64,000 nt of DNA, from NCBI GenBank assembly GCA_031385005.1, contig JANNBB010000026.1, positions 151,478 through 215,477 of the forward strand, read 5' to 3'. The notes beneath the pieces were generated by a model, which worked only from the letters and a program-made list of their open reading frames with translations, ran no database searches and was not told the origin of the DNA. This document shows positions 10,290 to 19,365 of this stretch, piece after piece; position 1 is the first letter of the stretch, and the number at the start of each line of letters is the position of its first letter. The stretch is from Bacteroidota bacterium (lineage in GTDB: Bacteria > Bacteroidota > Bacteroidia > AKYH767-A > 2013-40CM-41-45). A program made the position numbers and the translations under genes.

Positions 10290-10313
10290 ATTGAAATATT
10301 TTTTTACAATAGA

Positions 10314-10346
10314 GGGAGCTGAAAAAATCAGCTCCCTTTTTTATTT
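10314..10346 (+). terminator. Rho-independent terminator after the 2544-aa gene
   Basis: Stem gggagctg, loop aaaaaat, stem cagctccc, followed by TTTTTT. Confidence 0.7.
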
Positions 10347-10397
10347 CACAAATGTTTTATCCCATATAAATATTATGGCTTTTCAATTTATATAAAA

Positions 10398-10748
10398 TCA
10401 AGAATAAGACTTCACTCTAAACGTTACAATTTTTTCAATTAAATCAAATGGAATGGGCTTATCCAGTGGGAATTGCACAGATCCCTTACCCTGCTTATAT
10501 TTAGCCAGTTGCATCCTAAATTTTTCATGCCCGGATGGAGTGGCGTAAAAACCAATGTGCTTCGTATATGCAGCAAAATACACCAGTGGTTTTTTACTAT
10601 ATTTATAAGCAGGCATACCATAGGAAATACTCTCTATTACATTCGGAGCATTCTTTTTTATAATTGCTCGGATCTTGTTTAATATCAATTGTAATTCCTG
10701 CGGCTGTGAGCCAATGTAAGCATCTACAGTTTGAAAATCACCTTTCAT
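10398..10748 (-). CDS. DUF1801 (YdhG-like) domain protein
   Basis: 116-aa protein. The pattern AYIGSQP...ISYGMPAYKY..KPLVYFAAYTKHIGFY matches the DUF1801 family from memory. Confidence 0.6.
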   Translation of the reverse strand: MKGDFQTVDAYIGSQPQELQLILNKIRAIIKKNAPNVIESISYGMPAYKYSKKPLVYFAAYTKHIGFYATPSGHEKFRMQLAKYKQGKGSVQFPLDKPIPFDLIEKIVTFRVKSYS

Positions 10749-10967
10749 AATTTATGTATTTATTTCAACTAATAATTTTAAACTAATTTGTTTACATAAA
10801 ATTAAAAAAAGTATTATTCACATTAACAAAATAAAAAACAATCATACAGTCAATATATTTCAGAAAAATACTATTGAATTAATTCCTTTCAATAATTGTT
10901 CCAAACTACAATACATCATCTAACATTTGAATTAAAAAATTAAGTAAAAATTATTCCTAATCCTTCC

Positions 10968-11645
10968 CTAAACCCTATTATAATAAAGCTGTCTGATAGT
11001 TGCTAAGTGCGAAAACAAAACCAAAGGTACAATAAAACCGGGGAGCCAATTGAAAGGGAAATAAAGCACTGCCATGTTAGCCTGATCGAATGCAAATTGC
11101 TGAAATGGAAATGGTGCAGATAAAATTCCATTTATCACAATATTAAACAGCAGAACTAAACAAATGCCATTCCAGAAAATCAGGAACTTTTTACTCAAAC
11201 TTTTTCGGATAAAACCCAGATAAAAAACAATTGGCGCAGAAATTCCGGATAAAATATCCAAATTTCTCCCCGAGAAAGTCATGAGTTCAGGTACTGCTCT
11301 GTTTATATACAGCCAATAAAGTACCACTTCAACGGGAATTCTTATTGTGTGCAAAATCGTAAGGGTTTTGATGTCGAGACTATCAATGAACTCAAGTCCT
11401 CTTGCATTGTTAAAAAGAAAAATAATCAGCAGTAAAGGCGGCAGAACCAAAAGTAAAAATCGCGGTGGCATTGTATCAGTGATAGTATAAAAGCCGGCAA
11501 GACCAAGTCCTGCTTGAAAAATAAGCCAACTGATTAAAATAACCCCTGTATTCCTCGACTGAACTGTAGCTTTGTAAAAAATGTAACCGGAAAGAATAGT
11601 TGTTAATCCGAATACAATTCCAATATAGACAGGTAAATTATCCAT
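10968..11645 (-). CDS. Hypothetical polytopic membrane protein
   Basis: 225 aa with several hydrophobic helices. No recognisable family. Confidence 0.45.
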   Translation of the reverse strand: MDNLPVYIGIVFGLTTILSGYIFYKATVQSRNTGVILISWLIFQAGLGLAGFYTITDTMPPRFLLLVLPPLLLIIFLFNNARGLEFIDSLDIKTLTILHTIRIPVEVVLYWLYINRAVPELMTFSGRNLDILSGISAPIVFYLGFIRKSLSKKFLIFWNGICLVLLFNIVINGILSAPFPFQQFAFDQANMAVLYFPFNWLPGFIVPLVLFSHLATIRQLYYNRV

Positions 11646-11676
11646 GGATCAGGGAAAAGATATTTTGAATCTTAAG

Positions 11677-12009
11677 TTATTTCTTCCAGACTATTTTTAC
11701 AAACACTGCACTTGAAAATTCCGCACCATTAATTTTAGTATTTCCGATTATTCCGCCCAAATGACCGATGGTTTTGCAATCCGCATTTATTACGGCCGAA
11801 GTCATATCTGCTCCACAAGTTCCCGGCTCAAATACATAAACGGTTTTGGATTGAAAATTATATTCCTTTACAGTTGCATCCTTACAAGTGGCACTTTTAC
11901 TATAATCTGCAATTTTATCGTTTATGCATGCCGGAGTTTCAGAAATAGATTTGGAACAACTCATGAATAAGCCCATAGAAATAATTGAAAATAATTTAAT
12001 GACATTCAT
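11677..12009 (-). CDS. Small Cys-rich secreted protein or lipoprotein
   Basis: 110 aa. Signal peptide with a lipobox-like LFMSC and six Cys after the cleavage site. Confidence 0.45.
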   Translation of the reverse strand: MNVIKLFSIISMGLFMSCSKSISETPACINDKIADYSKSATCKDATVKEYNFQSKTVYVFEPGTCGADMTSAVINADCKTIGHLGGIIGNTKINGAEFSSAVFVKIVWKK

Positions 12010-12226
12010 TTTTCAGTATTTGCTTAAAATTAATAAAATACGATTATTGACCAAATTGATTTTCTGATTTTCTTGAAACGATTAATCTCAACGTGCATGA
12101 AAATGTTGGCTGTGTCCTGTAATGACCATACTTTATATCCCATTCTCCATTTTCTAAATCATCCCGGAGCGTTTTTACATATTCCTCCTCTAAACCATCC
12201 GCGAAATGAATTCCCATGTGAATTTA

Positions 12227-13288
12227 TTAAAAGTTATCTAATTTACTTGAAAATATTTTTTCAAAATCAGAATAATAATTAGAGTGATTAAACGAGTTGA
12301 TAGAATTACGCGCATTTACAGAGAATATTAAGTAATCTTCATTACTCATGGCGTAAAACTGATTCAGCTTATTGAAATAATCTATTTCATCCGAACAATA
12401 ATATCCATTAAATCCATCGACAATAACAGAATTATTTTCCGGCAAATTGGAGCTTAAAACAGGAATTCCATTGTTTAAATACTGCTTGGCCTTTATTCCT
12501 GATTTTGATAACTGTAATTCATCATTGGTTAAAGTAGCTATTCCAATGTCGAAATCCAATATCCTGTTTTGAATACCTCTTTCATCATTCCAATCAATAA
12601 CCATTGGTAGCTCAATTTTAATATTTTTATTTTCTTCAAAGTATTGAAGAATAAATTTTTTATCCGATAAATCATAAACTCCTAAAATTTTCAAATTAAA
12701 ATTGAATGTAAGTTTCTTTAAAGCCGGAAATACAAATTCAATCATGCTTTTCTTTTGGTCACCGCCGAAACCGCCAATCCATCCGACTGTAAAAATCGAG
12801 TTTTTATTTTTCTTAGATAAACTTAAATCCATTACAGGCGAAGTTGTATGAAAAATATGCTGATTGTATTTTTTTAAATGAGACTCAATCAGCTTGCTAC
12901 CTGCTGATATTTTTTCACAGTGCCCGGCAAAATAGTAGATTGTTTTGGGATCAGATTCCAAATAATCAGCATCGTCCAGATCATATACAGAATTCTTACT
13001 TCTAACAAGAACGAGCAACTTCAACAAGTTCGCATAAATAAAATTTGAACTTACTCGCTGAACGATTATTAATGAATTTCGCCGCCGAAAAAATAAAGCC
13101 GAAAAATAGGATTTCAGAAAAAATAAAATAAGTTTAGGAGAATAACCCGGAATTACCAGATAACTTTCCACGCCTTTGTACTTCTTAAAATAATCAAGTG
13201 GATATTTCGCTCTATATCTGACGCTCGGAGAATCTGTATTATAAAATGAAAACCAGTAAATGAATTCCAATCTTTTATTCGTTTTCAT
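12227..13288 (-). CDS. Putative glycosyltransferase (GT4-like C-terminal half)
   Basis: 353 aa. The C-terminal segment TVGWIGGFGGDQKK...NGIPVLSSNLPENNSVIVDGFNGYYCSDEIDYFNKL resembles a GT-B/GT4 nucleotide-sugar binding region. Assignment is tentative. Confidence 0.45.
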   Translation of the reverse strand: MKTNKRLEFIYWFSFYNTDSPSVRYRAKYPLDYFKKYKGVESYLVIPGYSPKLILFFLKSYFSALFFRRRNSLIIVQRVSSNFIYANLLKLLVLVRSKNSVYDLDDADYLESDPKTIYYFAGHCEKISAGSKLIESHLKKYNQHIFHTTSPVMDLSLSKKNKNSIFTVGWIGGFGGDQKKSMIEFVFPALKKLTFNFNLKILGVYDLSDKKFILQYFEENKNIKIELPMVIDWNDERGIQNRILDFDIGIATLTNDELQLSKSGIKAKQYLNNGIPVLSSNLPENNSVIVDGFNGYYCSDEIDYFNKLNQFYAMSNEDYLIFSVNARNSINSFNHSNYYSDFEKIFSSKLDNF

Positions 13289-13305
13289 TAAAAGTCAGAT
13301 GTAAT

Positions 13306-13599
13306 TTACGTGTTTCGTTCAGTACCATTTTTAGTCAAAATTTTATAGACGAATAAAACAACCATTGTAGAAAATACTAAGTTAGTAAGTACAATTGCCC
13401 AAGACGATTCATATACATTTATTCCGATTTTTAAATAGTAAAATAGTCCGGAAACAAGAGCGACAGGCGCTTCAATTAAAGATGTAAGCGCACGGATTGG
13501 CTTGGGCAAAGACTCGTGAACATAATAAAAACAGTCAAGGAAAATTGACAATAAAACAATTGTCAAAATAATCTTAATTTGTCTCTTTGAATTAGTCAC
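13306..13599 (-). CDS. Small hypothetical membrane protein
   Basis: 97 aa with two or three predicted transmembrane helices. Lies 18 nt downstream of the GT-like gene. Confidence 0.3.
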   Translation of the reverse strand: MTNSKRQIKIILTIVLLSIFLDCFYYVHESLPKPIRALTSLIEAPVALVSGLFYYLKIGINVYESSWAIVLTNLVFSTMVVLFVYKILTKNGTERNT

Positions 13600-13611
13600 A
13601 TGAATAAATTG

Positions 13612-14040
13612 CTATTTGTTTTTACTGAGCGAAGAAACAATGATTCCCTTTAAAACTTTCAAGTCGATTTCCTCCAGCATATTAATGTAAAGGCAACCCA
13701 CACCTGTCTTGTGTTTCCCGAGCTTTTTTAAGGTATCGGCATGTTCCTGAATACCAACGCTCACATATAAAGAAAGATTTGCTTTACGCGGAGAGAAGCC
13801 TATCCGAAGCCAATCTACTTCCCTGCCTGTAGTTGGACTCTTATACCGCTTAATTCCAAAACCTACAATAGAACTGCTCCATAATACCGGCTCCTCTCCG
13901 GATGCCTTTTTCATCATTTCCAAAAGCATGAAACAATCTTTACGCTTTTGTTCATCAGGAACCTTATTGATAAAATCATCAACACTTGCAGTAGTGGGCT
14001 TGGTCTTTATGACAGCTAATTTTGATTTCTTTTCAGCCAT
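13612..14040 (-). CDS. DUF1801-like domain protein
   Basis: 142 aa. The pattern VDDFI...EQKRKDCFMLLEMMKK..GEEPVLW.SSIVGFG..RYK...GREVDWL.IGFSPRK..LSLY is a second DUF1801-type family member. Confidence 0.55.
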   Translation of the reverse strand: MAEKKSKLAVIKTKPTTASVDDFINKVPDEQKRKDCFMLLEMMKKASGEEPVLWSSSIVGFGIKRYKSPTTGREVDWLRIGFSPRKANLSLYVSVGIQEHADTLKKLGKHKTGVGCLYINMLEEIDLKVLKGIIVSSLSKNK

Positions 14041-14094
14041 TTGAAATTAATTTAATTTTAATATTAACCCGTATGAAAATGATTATTACGATTA

Positions 14095-14622
14095 TTATTT
14101 AGTTGTTTGGGCACCCATCTGTATTCCCATCTTTTCATATTCAATATCATTCGGCTCCCATAACTCAAGTTTGTTTCCTTCCACATCGAGGATATGAACA
14201 AACTTACCATATTCTACTTCCTGAATCGTATCTAAAACTGTTACTCCGTTTTTTTTCAATTCCTCAAGCAAAGCTACCAGATTTTCCACTCTGAAATTTA
14301 TCATGAAGTCCTTTGTAGATGGTTCAAAATATTTTGTTTTTTCATTAAACGGACTCCATTGTGAAAATCCTTTTTTAGTACTGTCCGCTCCTTGCCACCA
14401 TTCAAAAACAGCCCCATATTGGTTTGTATTTAATCCAAGATTTTTTTGATACCAATCCCTCACCTTGGCCGGCTCTTTACATTTAAAAAAGATTCCTCCA
14501 ATGCCGGTGACTTTCTTCATTTTTACAGTCTCGCCGGTTTGCTTAGAAATAATCGTCTTCAACCCAAATCCAAAACAGAACGATGTTAGAAGACCTAAAA
14601 TAATTAAGATTGTTTTTTTCAT
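14095..14622 (-). CDS. VOC (glyoxalase/bleomycin-resistance) family protein, secreted
   Basis: 175 aa with a signal peptide. GIGGIFFKCKEP.KVRDWYQKNLG and a second beta-alpha-beta module (FMINFRVENLVALLEELKKNG) fit the VOC fold. Confidence 0.65.
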   Translation of the reverse strand: MKKTILIILGLLTSFCFGFGLKTIISKQTGETVKMKKVTGIGGIFFKCKEPAKVRDWYQKNLGLNTNQYGAVFEWWQGADSTKKGFSQWSPFNEKTKYFEPSTKDFMINFRVENLVALLEELKKNGVTVLDTIQEVEYGKFVHILDVEGNKLELWEPNDIEYEKMGIQMGAQTTK

Positions 14623-14635
14623 GTTGATTGAGAGT

Positions 14636-15034
14636 TTAATGTGCGTGTAAAATTAAGTGACTAATATAATAATTTATCATCACCCGCCCTTCGACAGGCT
14701 CAGGGCTCGCTAATAAACCAGCTATTAAGCTCGCTAATAAACCAGCTATTAAGCTAGCTAATAAACTAGCTAATAAACTAGCTAATAAACCAGCTATTAA
14801 GCTAGCTAATAAACTAGCTAATAAGCTCAATAATAAGCTCGCTAAAAAATTATACAAATTATCAATTTCATCGGTACGAATATAAACCTGACCGTAATTT
14901 TCATTCGGTTCTAGCTCCTTAAATTCAAAAAAGTGAATCTGGATATTGTCCTTTTGTACCATAAGATAACCATCATTATCCTTATTTCCAAATTTTACAA
15001 TGAAGTAATTCAAAATTTGAATATACTCAAACAT
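14636..15034 (-). pseudogene. VOC-family gene fragment fused to an in-frame tandem-repeat tract ((LASLLASLIAGL)n)
   Basis: The N-terminal ~60 aa (GYLMVQKDNIQIHFFEFKELEPNENYGQVYIRTDEIDNLY) resemble only half of a VOC domain. The rest of the ORF is translation of a 12-nt tandem repeat. The ORF is too short for a complete VOC fold. Confidence 0.4.
14704..14846. repeat. Tandem repeat, 12-nt unit AGCTAATAAAC[CT] / AGCTATTAAGCT, ~12 copies
   Basis: Directly visible: ...gctcgctaataaaccagctattaagctcgctaataaaccagctattaagctagctaataaactagctaataaactagctaataaacc... Confidence 0.9.
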
Positions 15035-15074
15035 AAAAAAAAATAAATGTAATTTGAGTCAATTCTAAAAAAAA

Positions 15075-15722
15075 TTAAAACGTAATCTCTCCTCTTTCAA
15101 TTTGCAAGACCACGTTTTCAATAGCTTTGTCTTTGCCGGTGGGATCGTATTCTTCTTTGAGGTCGTGATTAAAAAGTTTGGCTACGCTTTGTGAGAAAAA
15201 GGCGTTGAGGGAGCCTTTCATTTGTTTGATGAGATCGAAAGTGGTATTGCCGGTTTCTCTGTCGATGAGTTTGATGAGCACATTGCCTTGGTTGATAGAA
15301 AGTTTTTTTATTTGATCTTCGAAGTCCTTACGCACTTGCTCTTCTACCTGTTTTTTATATTTTCTTTTTTCCCTATCCGAGCTCATGGTCTGCATGCGCC
15401 TGTTCATCTCATTCAGCTTCACCGCTGCGAGACGCGCATAAGGATACACTTTAATCACATTGAAACGAAGACGGTAATATTCCTTCAGGTTTTTCAGATA
15501 ATCGGGATTGCCGTAATCGACTACGTTTACTATCGGCAAATTAACGACAGGAATGGTATCCGTACCTTCAATGATAAAGGGAAGTCGAACTCCTTCTTTC
15601 GTCTGTAAGGGTTCTTGAGCAAAAAGTGAGCAAGTTGGTGTATGCAATAAAAAAAGTGAGAAAGCGAGGCAAACTAAAAAACAGCTTTTACTTTTATGTG
15701 GGAAGATTTTCTTGTTTGTCAT
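15075..15722 (-). CDS. Hypothetical secreted protein (possibly DUF4294-like)
   Basis: 215 aa with a signal peptide and a K/E-rich C-terminal half. Lies 4 nt downstream of the accC-like gene, so probably co-transcribed. The family assignment is from memory and weak. Confidence 0.45.
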   Translation of the reverse strand: MTNKKIFPHKSKSCFLVCLAFSLFLLHTPTCSLFAQEPLQTKEGVRLPFIIEGTDTIPVVNLPIVNVVDYGNPDYLKNLKEYYRLRFNVIKVYPYARLAAVKLNEMNRRMQTMSSDREKRKYKKQVEEQVRKDFEDQIKKLSINQGNVLIKLIDRETGNTTFDLIKQMKGSLNAFFSQSVAKLFNHDLKEEYDPTGKDKAIENVVLQIERGEITF

Positions 15723-15726
15723 TCAT

Positions 15727-17217
15727 CTATTCCTGCGAGAGTCTATTATGTTTCCAATTAGAAACATTTTTTATCACCGGATTATTTTGATTGTTTACAT
15801 TTTTCATTCCATGTATTGCTTTTACGGCAAGAATGGCTGCTATTTTCATCTCTTCTTCAGAAAAAGCGTTATTTTCTCCGGGTTTAAAATATTTCTGGAC
15901 AAAATGGGTATCAAATTTCCCGCTTACAAATGCATCGTGCCCCATTACGAAACGGCAAAAACCGAGGGTGGTGGTAACACCGCTGATCCGGTAGTCGTCG
16001 ATGGCTCGTTTCATTCGCTCAATCGCTTCCTTACGATCTTTACCATAGGTAATCAATTTGGCAATCATGGGATCGTAATAGATTGGAATATCCATTCCTT
16101 CTTCATAAGCATCGTCCACACGCACTCCGGGTCCCTGAGGAATTACATAGGTACTCAGTTTTCCGATATCAGGAAGAAAATTATTTTCCGGATCTTCCGC
16201 ATAAACGCGCGCTTCAATGGAATGTCCATTTATCGATAAATCACTTTGCTGAAAATTGAGCTTCTCCCCTCTTGCAATACGAATCTGTTCTTTAACCAGG
16301 TCAAGTCCTGTGATGTATTCGGTCACAGGATGCTCTACTTGCAAACGGGTGTTCATTTCCAGAAAATAGAAATTCAGTTTTTCGTCGAGTAAAAACTCAA
16401 CAGTGCCTGCACTGCGATAACCGACAGCCTTGGCAATCGTCACGGCGCATTGTCCCATTTCATTTCTAAGTTCCGGAGTCAGCACCGATGATGGCGCTTC
16501 TTCAATTACCTTTTGGTGACGACGCTGTACGCTGCACTCCCGTTCAAAGAGGTGAACCATGTTGCCATGATTATCACCCAAAACTTGTATTTCGATGTGT
16601 CGCGGTGAGGAGACATAGCGCTCAATAAATACGGCACCGTCGCCAAAAGAGGATTTCGCTTCACTCACAGCCAATTTCATCTGCTCAATGAATTCATCAT
16701 CGGAATGAACAATGCGCATGCCTTTCCCGCCCCCTCCTGCAGAAGCTTTTATAAGTATAGGAAAGCCAATCTTGATTGCTATTTTTCTGGCTTCTTCGAC
16801 GTCGTCAATTGCCTTTGCTGTTCCGGGAACGAGGGGAACATGGTGTTTTTCTGCCGTTTCTTTCGCTGCAATTTTACTCCCAACTCTTCTCATAGAGTCG
16901 CCGGTCGGTCCAATGAATATAATTCCTGCAGAAGCTACCTGATCGGCAAAATTCGCATTCTCAGAAAGAAAGCCATAGCCGGGATGGATAGCATCTGCTC
17001 CACTATTTTTTGCCGCTGCAATTATTTTTTCTGAAACCAGATAGCTTTGTGATGATGCCGCCGGGCCTATGCAGATAGCTTCATCTGCATATCGAACATG
17101 CAAGGCATTACGATCGGCATCGGAATAAACAGCCACCGTTTTGATTCCCATTTCACGTGCTGAACGCATTACACGAATGGCGATTTCACCCCGGTTGGCA
17201 ATGAGGATTTTATTCAT
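15727..17217 (-). CDS. accC: Biotin carboxylase (acetyl-CoA carboxylase biotin carboxylase subunit-like) with a ~45-aa C-terminal extension
   Basis: N-terminus MNKILIANRGEIAIRVMRSAREMGIKTVAVYSDADRNALHV plus an ATP-grasp core. It is 496 aa versus ~450 aa typical, and no accB is adjacent. Confidence 0.8.
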   Translation of the reverse strand: MNKILIANRGEIAIRVMRSAREMGIKTVAVYSDADRNALHVRYADEAICIGPAASSQSYLVSEKIIAAAKNSGADAIHPGYGFLSENANFADQVASAGIIFIGPTGDSMRRVGSKIAAKETAEKHHVPLVPGTAKAIDDVEEARKIAIKIGFPILIKASAGGGGKGMRIVHSDDEFIEQMKLAVSEAKSSFGDGAVFIERYVSSPRHIEIQVLGDNHGNMVHLFERECSVQRRHQKVIEEAPSSVLTPELRNEMGQCAVTIAKAVGYRSAGTVEFLLDEKLNFYFLEMNTRLQVEHPVTEYITGLDLVKEQIRIARGEKLNFQQSDLSINGHSIEARVYAEDPENNFLPDIGKLSTYVIPQGPGVRVDDAYEEGMDIPIYYDPMIAKLITYGKDRKEAIERMKRAIDDYRISGVTTTLGFCRFVMGHDAFVSGKFDTHFVQKYFKPGENNAFSEEEMKIAAILAVKAIHGMKNVNNQNNPVIKNVSNWKHNRLSQE

Positions 17218-17259
17218 CAGGCGAAGGTAGGAAAGGTTTTTGTTTAACTATTCAGCTAA

Positions 17260-18450
17260 TTAAGAAAGAACCTGCTTTACCAGATCTGCAGCTTCCTTGA
17301 GCTCGATGGCCGAAAAAACTTTTAGTCCGCTTTCGTCGATGATTTTTTTGGCTTCTACGGAATTTGTTCCTTGTAGCCTGACGATAATCGGAATGGGAAT
17401 GGAACCGATATTTTTATAAGCATCAACAATTCCTTGCGCTACTCTGTCGCAACGAACGATACCGCCGAAAATGTTAACTAAGATCGCTTTTACGTTCGGG
17501 TCCTTTAGAATGATTCGGAAGGCTTGTTCTACTCTTGCGGCATTAGCTGTTCCTCCTACATCAAGGAAATTCGCCGGCTCTCCTCCTGCTAGTTTGATGA
17601 TGTCCATTGTTGCCATGGCGAGTCCTGCTCCGTTGACCATGCAACCGACGTTGCCGTCTAATTTTACATAGTTTAGATTGTGCTCACCTGCTTCTACCTC
17701 TGTTGGGTCTTCTTCTAAAACATCACGCATCGCTAAATAATCGGGGTGACGAAACAATCCATTTTCATCGAAATTTACTTTTGCATCAACAGCTATAATT
17801 TTATCGTCAGATGTTTTTAAAACAGGATTAATTTCAAATAAGGATGCATCGATAGAATCATAAGCTTTGTACAGGGATGTTACAAAGCGTATCATCTGCT
17901 TAAATGATTCACCGCTAAGTCCCAGGTTAAAAGCGATCTTCCTTGCCTGAAATCCCTGAAGACCAGTTGCAGGATCTATTTCTTCTTTAAATATCAGATG
18001 TGGAGTGGTTTCGGCTACATGCTCGATATCCATTCCTCCTTCTGTTGAATACATGATGATGTTTTTACCGGTCTGACGATTCAATAAAACACTCATGTAA
18101 AATTCTTTTGTAGGAGATGCTCCGGGATAATAAACATCCTGAGCAATTAAAACTTTGTTTACTTTTTTTCCCTGAGGTCCGGTTTGCGGTGTAATGAGAT
18201 TCATCCCGATAATGGCTTCAGCTCGTTCTTTTACTTCATCCAACGATTTAGCTAATTTCACCCCTCCGCCTTTTCCTCTTCCACCGGCATGAATTTGCGC
18301 TTTTACTACCCACCATTGCGTGCCTGTTTGCTTCGTTAATTCCTTTGCGGCTTCAACTGCCTTCGCTGGAGTTTCTGCGATAATACCTTCCTGGATGCCT
18401 ACTCCAAAAGATTTTAAGATGGATTTGCCCTGATATTCGTGGATGTTCAT
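17260..18450 (-). CDS. sucC: Succinate--CoA ligase [ADP-forming] subunit beta
   Basis: MNIHEYQGKSILKSFGV... and the ATP-grasp/ligase-CoA domain pattern over 396 aa. Confidence 0.9.
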   Translation of the reverse strand: MNIHEYQGKSILKSFGVGIQEGIIAETPAKAVEAAKELTKQTGTQWWVVKAQIHAGGRGKGGGVKLAKSLDEVKERAEAIIGMNLITPQTGPQGKKVNKVLIAQDVYYPGASPTKEFYMSVLLNRQTGKNIIMYSTEGGMDIEHVAETTPHLIFKEEIDPATGLQGFQARKIAFNLGLSGESFKQMIRFVTSLYKAYDSIDASLFEINPVLKTSDDKIIAVDAKVNFDENGLFRHPDYLAMRDVLEEDPTEVEAGEHNLNYVKLDGNVGCMVNGAGLAMATMDIIKLAGGEPANFLDVGGTANAARVEQAFRIILKDPNVKAILVNIFGGIVRCDRVAQGIVDAYKNIGSIPIPIIVRLQGTNSVEAKKIIDESGLKVFSAIELKEAADLVKQVLS

Positions 18451-18542
18451 AGTTGGTTTGTGAGTGTTGGATTTTCGTGTAATAAATGGAAAAAATCGGT
18501 TGGTTTTACTACCGAACTCTCCCTGCCTGCAAAAATAGAATT

Positions 18543-19076
18543 TTAACCGGAAAATGAACGATCCAGGTAGCGATCTTTTATCACCTGTAAATGATGTTCC
18601 TGATGAACGACTATAAAATAAAGAACGATGCGCGCGCTTATAGTCACACCATTTGCTTTGCTTTTGAAATCCAGCGATTCTTCTGATAAAGTAGAAATCA
18701 AACTAATGGTGGAATCTCTAATAACATTGAGCTCACGGGCTATATCCGAAAGAAAACGCTTTTGGAAATTAGCATTTTTCACGTAATGGTCCTCATCAAA
18801 TGCCGCCATTTCAGTTTCGTCATTTCTCGCACATCGAAGCACCCGATAACAAAGAATTCGCTCGGTGTCTGCCAGGTGTCCAACTACTTCCTTTAACATC
18901 CATTTGCCGGGAGCATATACTTTTTCTCCGATAACCCGGGGCAGCTCGCTTAACATTTTCTGTGTAGTATGCTGTTGATCTTTTAGCAGGGTAAACAAAT
19001 CATTTCCCTTCAGGTATTTTAAATATGACTGATAATAAGGGTTTAAACTTTCTTTGGATGGAGGTTCGATTATCAT
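18543..19076 (-). CDS. DinB/YfiT-like (DinB_2) family protein
   Basis: 177 aa. The W..EV.GHL.D.ER...R and HD..HL.QI motifs are typical of the DinB_2 four-helix family. Confidence 0.6.
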   Translation of the reverse strand: MIIEPPSKESLNPYYQSYLKYLKGNDLFTLLKDQQHTTQKMLSELPRVIGEKVYAPGKWMLKEVVGHLADTERILCYRVLRCARNDETEMAAFDEDHYVKNANFQKRFLSDIARELNVIRDSTISLISTLSEESLDFKSKANGVTISARIVLYFIVVHQEHHLQVIKDRYLDRSFSG

Positions 19077-19365
19077 GTATATTCTAAATTAAACAAAAGC
19101 TATATCTAACTGACATTATGCTTTATATATAAATTATGTAATGCAGAAAGTTTTTAAATTTTTAATATACTTTTTAAAAATCAAATAGGAAATTCAAAGA
19201 TCAAATATTAAAATCATTCATACAACCTCAAATTTCAATAAACCATCTTGTAATTCTGCTGTTGAATGGAAATCACAAAAAATATGACTTTAACATTTAA
19301 TTAACCGAAAAATACTGAATGAAATACTAGGTTTGCTTATATTATAAGTTAAAATTTTATTCACC

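Noticed and set aside
15712-16239. A 175-aa plus-strand ORF antisense to accC, and many 60-130-aa ORFs antisense to the giant genes, sucC, the S9 peptidase, mnmE and others
   Set aside because: They are fully embedded in well-supported genes on the opposite strand, have odd composition and no family resemblance. They are spurious.
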